From NCBI GenBank assembly GCA_965153285.1, contig OZ229119.1: a stretch of DNA of 64,000 nucleotides. One strand, given 5' to 3'. Source of the DNA: Podarcis tiliguerta. Taxonomy: Eukaryota. Position 1 is the first letter of the stretch; the number at the start of each line of letters is the position of its first letter. This document shows positions 13,995 through 24,984 of this stretch, piece after piece. The notes under the pieces are model-generated. The model made no database searches. It was not told the origin of the DNA and worked only from the letters and a program-made list of their open reading frames with translations. Made by a program: the position numbers and the translations under genes.

Positions 13995-16900
13995 TTATAG
14001 AATGCCCTTGTTTACTGTGCACTGTATCAGCTGTCTACTGCAGTGATGGTGGAGCCATTCTGTACTAGTTCTAAACAAAACTTCAGTAAGCAAGGCAAAC
14101 ACATGTTGCCAATGAGGATGTTTTACATGATTTCCCTTAAAAACGTCTTTGCTGGCTGCACCCTTTCCAGCTGTGCTTTTCGAAAGCTGTGAACAACAGA
14201 ACTGCTGTCTCCCACAATATGGTGCCTCCTTCATCAATGATTTTGGAAGAAGATGCTTCTGGAATCAGGGCTAGCATCGCTATATAACTAGAATAGGATC
14301 CAGGGTTTTTTGCCCCCTAATCATTGGAAAAGCCCCCACCCCACCCCAAATGAGAGAGCATGAGACAGAACAGCAACTTTCTGATGCACAAAAGACCAGA
14401 GAGGTATATTGCAAAGCTCTGCTCTCTAACAATGACATCTCAGAACTGTCCTACCATCAAACACATTACAAACACAGGTTGCACGGCCTCCCATCTGAAC
14501 AACACAGACTGGAAACTATCTTAACATTGTATTGTAGGCTACACCTCCTTTACCCCCCACCCGAGCTCCCCTGACTTACCTAAAAGTATGCATACAACAT
14601 GCACACACATTTCACATTGGTTTGTGTGTGCCTGCCTGCCTGTTTGAATAAACACAGTAATTGAGTCAGGCTTCCAAAGCCAATGATTTATACTAGGAAC
14701 TAAATATTTGACTGTGAAATGTTATGGACTATAAGGAGACTTTGCTCCTGTCATTCCCATGCCTCTTATACCTCCTTTATGCTTTCCTTTTCCCAACTCT
14801 CATCTGTATCTCTAGGCTAAGGTGCATCTTAATACCAAAGACCTATGACTGAACCTCTCAAGTGTTTCTTGCTTAGGCTTAAAGCAGCCATGGGAAGGAG
14901 GAATTTTATCATGGCTGCAGAAGGGTGGAGGTTCAACCCTTTCCTGGTGCTTCCTTCCCAATATGTGTATTCCCACCGAAAGCTTCTTTTTAGGCATAAA
15001 GGGGGGAAATTGGTCCCTGCAGTGCTTCATGCTGAAGATTGATCTCCACCCATACAGCTCTCCTATCAATCCACAAACTGGCTTTGGGAAATGAGAGGAT
15101 TGCAGTAAAAGCACCTTCCCACTTCCCCCCATGACACTGCCAGAGTCTTGCAACAAGACAGGATGTCAGGTACTGGCTGTAATATGCCTTTTAGCAATTG
15201 CATTATTCAGCAAAGAAACACATTAGCCTAAATCCAAATCAGTTATCTGCTAGCTAGCAAGACTTAGCTTATGGCTCAAAGTCTAAATTTCATCCTGTTA
15301 AAGAGTAAAGGTGGCCATGATAATAGTGCAAATTGAACCAACAGAGTATGAACAATTAATTAAAGGGTGTTGATGTGTTTGCCATAGTCTCAGGAGTCAC
15401 CCAAAGGCCATTCCAAGCAATGTTTCCTCTGAGATGTATGAGAGGTTACTCAGTGATGTATGCACCACAGCAGTTGGTAGCAAGGCAGAAAGAAGCTTGG
15501 CACCAAGTGAAAGACGCCTGGCACCCGGCTGTGAATAAGGAGGACATGGCAGAAAAGCAAGGCGCTGTGCTGCAGACAGTGCAGCCCTTGGCTGCAAAGC
15601 AAAAGAGGCTGGCACACTAACAAGGATGATGATGCAGTCGATAGCTGAAACAGAAGCAGCACGAAGGGGAAATGTTGCACATAAGAGCAATAGGCAGTCA
15701 CCAGTGACAGTCGGAGGCATCTGTGACATACTGTCCACATACTGAATAACACATTGCCCTACATCTGACAGCACCATCCACTAAGAACATAAGGGAGTTG
15801 GTGGGTTGTGGGATTAACAGAATCCAAGTTGCAGAGGGGCAAATTCTCCCACTTCTATGGAATGATGTTTGGCTAGCAAGGAATCCTTCAAATCTGTTCT
15901 TAATCTCTTCTGCCTATCATGAATTGCACAGAAAAATAGGCCACACATTAGTCCTTCCTGTCTACAAATCTAGCTATATGTACACTGTAAAGCTACTCTC
16001 AGTCCACTTTATTTAGGTGGCAAATGTGCACCACGTGCACACAGGACTTCTGAGCTGTAAAATCAACCTTCCAGAGGGAGCCAAAGTCCTTGGCCACACC
16101 CACTGAGCCCCCAACCAAGAGCAGTTTTATACTTGGCAAAATAATAACTCATTCCACAAGGCTTTACTTTTGCTCTCTGCTTACAGCAAATCACAAAAAC
16201 TAACACCTGCCTTTAAGATAAAACTATATATACTCTCAGCTTCCCTCTCACAAACCACAATGCAAGTGGAGCTTACAGCATAGTAGAGAGAAACAGCAGC
16301 ATCCTTTCTGGCTTTAGTCATGGCTCTTCATGATAGTCTACACATCCTTTATCCAGAACAGAACTCCCCATGTCCAGTTCTTACACATTTGCTCATATGG
16401 TTAGATGGAAGGGTCACAGAGTCAATAAAAGGGCATGGCTTGTTCCACAACCCTGTATATATTCTGGGATGTGATCTCTATAAAGGCAGTTGCCCCTGCC
16501 TTTGTTGTAGAACAGTTAGGTCACACAGGAGTAGTTATATGGTCCAGAGAGACGGAAGGGCGCAAGATTCCCCCTGCCCCTAGGCAGCACCCTGCGATTG
16601 GGGCTTGTAGAAAGGGTGAATTGAACTTGAGCTAGGAAAATTGCAAATCATTGTTTCAGATGCTGCTACTAAAACAAACAGATTGGATTGACCTGCAAAT
16701 TGCTACATAAATGAAAGGCACACAATAAGCATTACATAACGTTATGGTAAAAATCAGTACAAATAAAGCTAGTTAACTGGCTAGAGACCTGGTCACCCAA
16801 TAGATTTCAATTACCAGTTTTCCATGGGAAGATATTATTAAGCAAAGTTATTTCCAGATCAGTAAGAATAATACAAAGGCACAATGCAAATCCAGATGCT

Positions 16901-17489
16901 TTTAACTGAAAAGGCAAATTGTTGAGCTGAAAGGCTACCCTGAACCCCACTTTACTTTAAAAGATGGCCAGCTGGCATGCATCCATATCCCCACCCCAAT
17001 ACGCAGTTCAGAAAGCCAAACAAAACATTAATATCCTTATTCTGCACGTGACAGAAGGATAAGGGCAGCTCCTTGATAACCTGCAGCTGCCGAAGAAAAC
17101 ATCAACTACCACGAGCCCTTTCTTTCTATTTTGTTTTCTCAGGGAAAACATTCTAAGGCCATTGTTTTCCACACCACTATTGGTAGCCTAAAACACATGA
17201 ACTTGATGCTAAGAATATTTGAAGATGACCAAAAATAAAAGGAGCAGGTGAGGATTATGTAACACAGGAACATCCCTTAATGCAGTGGAGGGGGGGGGTG
17301 AGGAGGCACCTATCTACAAACAATGGGCGGAGTCCAGCACAAGGAGTGTTCAATGGAGCTTGTGCGAGAGAATATTCTGGAGTGTTGTACTCAGCATAAA
17401 CCATACCTCCCAAATGGAAATCAAACCCTCAGACACCGAGCCTTTGGAAATAAAAGAAGGTCTGTTTCCTTCACCAGGGATAAGGAGAT

Positions 17490-17740
17490 ATGAGTCAGGC
17501 TGGCTCAATGAAGAGGGGAGTGAACATTGGCCACTTTGTGGGAGGCGCTCATTATTCTGGCATGGTTCTGCCTCCACTGTTGAAGGCAGTAGGTGTCTGA
17601 ATACCAATGACTGGGAATCAAGGGTGGGGAGAGGGCTGCTGTGGTCAAGTCCTGCTTTCAGGCTTCCCATAGGCATCTCATTGGCCCCTGTGAGATGCTG
17701 GACTAGCTGGACCACTGGCCTGATCCAACAGGCTCGCCTT
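17490..17740 (+). mobile_element. Decayed CR1-like LINE 3' end
   Basis: CTCCACTGTTGAAGGCAGTAGGTGTCTGAATACC...GGCTTCCCATAGGCATCT...GCTGGACTAGCTGGACCACTGGCCTGATCCAACAGGCTC. A related copy lies at about 46160-46395. Confidence 0.5.
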
Positions 17741-19361
17741 GTGTTTTTGGATAACAAGATCAGGGTGTCAAAAGGGTTGATGTTAGACAACAAGGGCAGT
17801 AGCAAGAGGGAACAGGGGAGGGTAAGCGTACGAGATATACTTTTGATTTTATTTTGCATTTTTACAAAAGGGTCTTGAGAAAATTAGAGAGGACATAAAG
17901 ATGGGCAACCAACCATTTAAAGACTTATAAACAAGACTTCTTGTAATAAGAAGGCAATTTTAAGGTAATACAATGTTAGATGGTTGAAATGAAGGCTGAC
18001 AAAGTGCATTTGATGGGATTTATGAGGACCCTCATGAAAGAAAGCATGGTGAAAAGGCTTTGTGTCCATGCCTCAATTGTCAAATCATGCCAACTGTTTA
18101 TTAGAGTCAAAAGAACTTTTCCAAGGAGATCACAGATGGTACACTGTTCTGCTGCTACCTGAATAGCTGAAGAGCAATACCAGGTGATTTCAGAAATGTA
18201 CCTATTAGCATGTGGGTGGCTGGGTAACAACATCTGTCAATTATTTATATTTTAATCATATTAAATAATTAAAACCCTGCCCTTCCTTCAAATAGTGCAG
18301 GGTGGCATATCTAGGATAATCCCATTCCATCTCTCCAAGAGTAGGCCATCTAGCAAGCTTCATGGCTGAGTAGGGATGTGAAGTACAAATCCAACACTCA
18401 ACTCAGTCTACCACACTAGCTTTACTTCCCACAATGAAAGGGTTCTGCTTGGAAAAGAGATGCCATCTTTAGATGCCCACAATCACACATGCACAGCAAG
18501 AGAGGAGGAGGGGGTGAGGTGACAGCCAAAGAAGCAGCGTAGACTGGACAAAGAAATGAGGTACAAAACCTCAGAAGAGATCTGAACCCACTTCAGTAAG
18601 GTGGGGTTATGGTCAGATTTGAACATGGGGAGTGAGGCTCTGACATGGGTTTTACGTAGAAGATCCAGAATAACAACCTGCTGTGTAGGAGGGATATTAG
18701 AAAATGGCTTTTCCTTGCAGAAGAAGTGGGTGAAGAAGACCCTTGAACAATGTCAGAGAAAGACACACATATAGAAATGGTGGATGTTACTAACATCCCA
18801 GGAAAAGGAAGGGAGAGAAACATGGGACAGTTTTCAGAGGAGAGAGAGGGGAAAAAATAAAGACAGACAATCTAAGGAAAGGGGTAGCCTGGTGTTTCAA
18901 ACATATAATCTCAAACATGTAATCTCTAGCTATCAATACATGTTCTAATTAAGGAAACTATTAACACCCTTTTCCTCCCCACCCGCCACCAGCCCCCAAA
19001 CCTCCCCCAACATGAGTCCCTTTCTTAGCACACACATAGAACATCCAGATAAACTTCCCAAACTGGCAAAAGCAACCACTGAAACAACTTCAAACACCAC
19101 AGACCAAGGAAAACCACAACTCATAAGTCAATTCCCCTTCCCCATGCCTTTGCTTAATATGGAAATACTGTACATATAAAAAAATTACCCTCTTCCCCCA
19201 ACCTGAATATAGCTGCTGTAATTAGCTCCTGTACATATGTACACTTATATTTACATATAACCGCAATCAAATAAGCGGATGATATATATGGCACAACATG
19301 AATACATAACATTAAAAACAATGTCAGGAAATGTTGCATTGTTTCTGCTTTGATAAAATGC

Positions 19362-19367
19362 TTTATT
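19362..19367 (-). terminator. Candidate alternative poly(A) signal
   Basis: AATAAA on the minus strand followed by U/GU-rich TTGTTTTTAATGTTATGTATTCATGTTGTG. Confidence 0.35.
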
Positions 19368-21761
19368 GTGACTAAAAAGAGTCAAAAATGTTTGCTGAAA
19401 TATATTGATTTTGATGTTTGAGATGTGTCCATACATACTCAGGCTTTTTGCTGAAGTTATGTGAGACCTACATATATATTATTCAGCTTTTTAGTATGTG
19501 GTGTGTGTGTGTGTGTACACAAAAACCCACACACACCCACACACCAGTGTTTATGAAAGAAATGCAGTTAACTCAGTATGGAATTGGTCGGACCTTCCAA
19601 GAACTTAACTGTGGTATTCATTACAACCACTTGTGATAGGTTAAATAAATTAAATTATGAATAACTGATAACACAGATTTTATCTTGAGCCCAGTTCAAA
19701 TGACTGAGTTGGCATGATGGGCTTGCTGACCAAATGGATCCAGCTCGGTCTGACACGTGGTCAAATCGTTGCATACCCCACAGCTTCGCGGACAGCATGA
19801 CATGTGAGCTGGGTATGTGATTAAGCTTTACCACGGGAGACCTGAGCCTGGAACCACTCACTCCACCAACTCATCATGGAGGAGGGCAATTTAATTTGAA
19901 GCTTATGGGGGTGCCCTTTGTCTATGCCCCTCCTTGGCTCACTGGTTTATCACCAAGCTGTTCTGGTTGTGTGAAGTGATCTTCAATCTTCAAAGCACTG
20001 CTTTGTTGTTTTTAACTGGACTTTGCTAATAGAGAATATTCTAATTTTGTCAAGATGTACTCTACACTAATTCACATTATTGTCAACAATAAAGGGAATT
20101 TGGTAACATTCAGAGGCTGGAAAGGGCGGGCCTTCAAAGTATTTAAAATAAAAGTTTTTAAAATGTGGTGGTTTAGTTTGAAGTTTGTCTGGATGGGCGC
20201 CAGAAATGGAAACCCATCCATAATGGAAATGATGCTATATGTCTGGATCTATAACTGGCGGTTATAACCCTAACCAACTTTTCCAGTGGTGAGGGTGTAG
20301 GGAATATTAAGAACAGAATTATGGCTTGGAAGCCTATTTGGCTACAAACTGGAAATAAGCCCTTGGGGGACAAAGCTAGTGTCCCACTAATTACTTTCTT
20401 CATATTCGAGCAGCGTCCAGAAGTAGAGTGGACGTTTTCCACTTGGACAGACCTGGTATGTTCAATATGTAATTGTAGGGAAGCACTTATGGGAGAGGAT
20501 GCAAAATGCAAGCTTGAGGGGTTGAGGTCCTCTTCTATTGTTGCCAGGAACTTCAGGGCCCGATCTTTCAGGTAGCTTCATGCGCATATATCTGATGGAT
20601 GTGATGGAATGAAACCAACACAAGTCCCATTTGGGAGCAGGTGGGCAATATGGAGTACAATCAGGAATAGGCTGCCAGCTCTTTTGGACAAGAAGGGATA
20701 CGGCCATGCTTGATCTAAGCAAACTCATGAGGCATACATGTTTGTTCTGACAACATCCTGGAACAAAATAGTTCCTCTGTGCAACTAGCCTCTGAGTATC
20801 CTAATGATAACTGTATTTAGGAATGATGTAGATTTTTATTAAAGGAATTTGAAGAAGAATTCCCAGTGGCAGGAAGTGGGTTGTAAGAAACTGCCGGAAT
20901 ACCTGTGCCCAAATTGGGATTGTGTTGGATTTTGGCAAGTATGAAAGATACTAGTTGATTTACATGTGCAAGGGAGTATGAGGTGGGGATGGAGAGGGGC
21001 AGTATAATTTTAGAAACCTGTAGATTAGTGCTGATGCAGGGACAACCCATTTTCTTTGATATGTTTGTGTCATGCATAATACCCCACTCACCAAATTTAT
21101 GGAGCACCACACATTATGGCACGATATAACATAACATAACATGGTGTATTGCTACATTGGCAGACATACCACCTCCATTAAAGAATGCCAGAATAAGTGG
21201 TCCGGCGGCATGCCATACTAATGTCTAACAGCATGGGAAGTCTGCCATTCCCCCACCCCACCCCATCTTTTCCTCCTTTATACCATAACATTTATTACAT
21301 ACATATTGCCATGGCTCCAGAAGTATGAGCATTTAGAAAGTATTTCAATATATCCTCCCAAAAGACATTAATGGCAAGATATGCCAGACTGGAAAAAAAA
21401 CCATACCAGTTACATTATGTATGTTCAGGTACAGAACCACTCACCCATGCAAAACAAACACCCTTAGTTCATGGTGGGGGGGGGGAATCAATGTTATGAA
21501 ATGACAGAAATATTAGGAACACACCCCATTTTTCTAAGAGGAAGAAGAAACTGGGTTTCTGAGCTGATAAACATTCACTTTTGTTGGCCTCTCGTACAAA
21601 GTCTCATGTATTTTTTTGGCAAGTTAAGCAACCAACATCACAGCCTCCATTCTAGCATAAACAGCACCTGCTGCTAAAATTTCCTGTTATGTTCACTCGA
21701 TTATTTTTAGTGAAATAACACTCGGAATTTTAAATTACAAAATTGTAATCAGTGTTCCAAG

Positions 21762-21763
<2 letters not shown>

Positions 21764-21792
<29 letters not shown>
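21764..21792 (+). repeat. (GT)n microsatellite
   Basis: Seen directly. A shorter (GT)n lies at about 19501-19516 and (GC)n(CA)n at about 1292-1317. Confidence 0.9.
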
Positions 21793-24700
21793 ATCCAACC
21801 AACCCTTTCCCTCTTGGTCAAATTTCAAGAGAAAGAAAAATGTATGTTTCAATTGAAAGAGAAGGGGAAAGAAAGCCAGAGGCTCATTTCATGTGTCAAG
21901 GCAATACACAAGACACCTGCAAATGGATTGTTGTTGAAAGTCCTCCAACATTTCCTGTTATCCTTAAGCAGACAATTTTCACACTCTGTGCACACAAATT
22001 AAAATTTGTAAAGCACTTTAATATTATCAAACCTAAACACTATAAATGTAAACATGTCATTCAACGTTTAAATTGAGCTAGGGTCAGAGAAAAAGGTTAT
22101 AAGAAAATGTGAACCATAGTGAACCGTCATCCAAAACAAAGATCTGGAATCATTCTGAGAGTTCAGTTAGCATCTTTTTGGTTTGTTTTTCAGTTTAATT
22201 TTCTCCGAAGTACCATTCTCAACTGTATTTGGTTTCAGCTGAGGGATGGGAATACTGACATAGCTGCCAAAGGCAGGCTTAATCAGTAGGATCAAACCCA
22301 GCTGCTTAATAAACCTTAAGAAGTACTAGTAAACTGAGATTTCCCAGTCCCAAGGTTTCCAAGCCAACATTAACTTTGGAGAAGTCCCTGTAGTGTTGGG
22401 TGATGATCTAAACTGAACATTCAAAATGATGGTTTGCTTCATCACCAAGGGAAAACAGCACAATGCCCAGGACCCAGATTCCAGAGAAGAGTTATGGTAT
22501 GGAGTTTAGAATCAAGCAAGGGAGATATAGTGTGCTTCCATTAGAACATGAAAGCCCTGCTAGCAAGGCTAGAGGTGATCGAATATATTTTCGAACCATG
22601 AAGAAAAAAGGTGGCAGGTGTGTAGATAGAGGTATTCAATGCATGCAGTTTTCTCTCCTTCTCCCCCATTTTTAACAGCCTGGGCCCACATCAAACAACT
22701 TCCAGACACATTGCCTGAAAGTTGCAGGGGTGGGAGGACAACCTAAAATCCCTCTTCTCTCCAAACCTGAATATTCACAAGAAGAGAAGCACTAGTTTGT
22801 ACAAAATGTAATAGAAAAGAAAACCATATTTACAAATGAAATGAATGCCTTCTCAACTGCTCTTATCGGAGGGTTCACTCCATGTTCTGCAGACTGCTAA
22901 GCAAGCATTATTTTCTTTACAGGAGAAAGAAGAGAGGAACAAAAAGGCGTTCTACTCCTCCAACCATGGAAAGGGCATCCCTCCTTCCATAACTTGCTTA
23001 GTAAATCCAGAGGAGGTGGGGGAATCCGATTTCACAAAATGTTCAGGCCCTTCCTCCTGGCCTCTGCCTACCAAAAAAACAAGGCCTTCAGTTGGCTTAA
23101 ATGCAAGAAAGGTATTAAGATAAAGCCAAGTAGGGTATGGTTGGAAGGATACACGAGAAGAGAATCAGCTGCAGGAAATGTGGCTCGAAAAAGAATGGCT
23201 GCTTCCAAAGCTCAGGGCCTGTGCCTGTCCATGCGTTCAGTTCTACTGCAATGTGCCCAAGATAGCCGAAGAGCACTTTTCACAGTCCTTTCCAGTTAGG
23301 AAAGCAGAACAACAGACCCATGAAAAAGTGAGGTGCTTTGCCACATTTTTGGGAAGCAACAATGGACCTGTTGCCCTTACCTGAGGGTTCCTGCTGTAAA
23401 CGAAACAATATCGCTTCTAACAAGTGTCTCATTTTAACTTGCATTTACAGTTATTCCTCCTTGGTAGCCAAACTGCTGTTATCAGTACTATATGCACTGA
23501 GGACAGGGCCAGAACAACTCTCAAGATGCTAAGTGATACCGCTTTTGCACTTTTGAACCTGCCGGTCCCCTTCACAACAATATTCCCCACATCTTTCCAA
23601 CTCTGCTCTCCAGTCGTCACCACAGCATCTGTAGGATCTGATGATTCATCTCCTCATGCCCTGTGGAAGACAAGCCATGTATTTCCACAACACTATAATT
23701 ATCAAATATAAGAATATATTCAATAAATACACATATACACATGTCTGAGTTGTGCTGGCCCTATTCCCACCACCACCACCTTCTTCCACTTTCTACTCAG
23801 AGGAAATACACCATCAGCAGAGAAAGCCTTTCCATTATTCATCTTGCTCGTGTTGCATGATATGCTGGAGGAGGGAGCAATGGCTGAGCCTTCTCCCTGC
23901 CAGATTAAATTCATCAGAACAACTGTGGAGCTTGAGTTGCCAGCCCTGCTCTTCTTTTCATTCGCTGCCCTTTATGTTCCCTTGCATTGGAAAGGTTTGC
24001 TCTGCTGGGTTTGTCTACTAAATATCGTAGCGATAAGAAACTCATGTTGTTACGATGGTTCGTGTCAATTAAGCTTGTGCATAAACCAACCCATATTTGA
24101 TATTTCACCATTTCAAAATTAACAAGTTGTTCATGAGTAGCACAAAACCTGCAACAAAACCTCCCCTGGGACCCCAACATTTGAATTTTCCCAAGACTTT
24201 TGCTGAAAGTTTCACTGGCATTCGCTTTTATCATTCCAATTTGTCTTTCAGAAGTGACCTCACTGGGTTACTGTTGACTGGACTACTGGCTAGATCTGCA
24301 TACATATCAAACCTCCCCTCCCCCTGGTAAATATACCAAGATTTCAATACATTTTTATCTTCAGTATATATATATGTGTATATGTATATATGCAACTCCA
24401 TATTTCAGCCTTTAACCCACAGAGTCTTCACAAAAGAACTGAATGATTTTTTGCATGTAATCAACATAAAATGCATTAAGTTGATCCCACACTATTCACG
24501 TCCCATCAATTTTGCTTAAAAGTACATATGTAAGAAGACCTGTATCTTCTTCATGCCCATTCTATCTCTTCCATTCTCCGCCTCAGGCCACCTTCTCGTA
24601 TCTGTACTAACCATCACAGTTTGGCGCCGAGAAAACCCCAAACTCTGCGGCTATTGCTCCCACTCGTATGCTGGCCTCTCCTCAACCATGCCTTTGCCTT

Positions 24701-24984
24701 TCCCAACTGTGAAAACACAAGCTAAGCTACTAAGCTCTGACATGTGATGGCCAGGAATGGAACTGTGAGTGGAGAAATGAAAAGAGATCATCGGGGATGG
24801 GGGATCTGGGGAAAGAAAGAGGTGGCACTTCGCATCAGCGCTGCCTAAGCAGAACTCCAATACTCCACAAAGAAAAAAAGAGTAGCAGAAGAGTAGCAAA
24901 TGGGAACTAGGTCTGAACCCACCACCTGCCCCTCCCACACGTTGCATTTCCAGCACCATCCCCTCCCATGCTTTTCCCCATCAC

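Larger units (their letters stand above)
11221..24984 (-). other. GRIN2B: Putative long GRIN2B 3' UTR (about 13.8 kb to the strongest poly(A) site; may extend further)
   Basis: Lies downstream of the stop codon with no credible ORFs. U-rich blocks on the minus strand and several AATAAA signals. Mammalian GRIN2B is known for very long neural 3' UTRs. Confidence 0.6.

Noticed and set aside
17285-17878. Overlapping 197-aa and 169-aa ORFs
   Set aside because: No recognisable protein similarity; they overlap a decayed CR1-like tail in the presumed UTR.
24906-24984. Stop-codon readthrough extension of GluN2B
   Set aside because: The context is TGA-GTG, not the leaky TGA-CTAG motif, and an extension would bury the terminal ESDV PDZ ligand. 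There is no supporting evidence.
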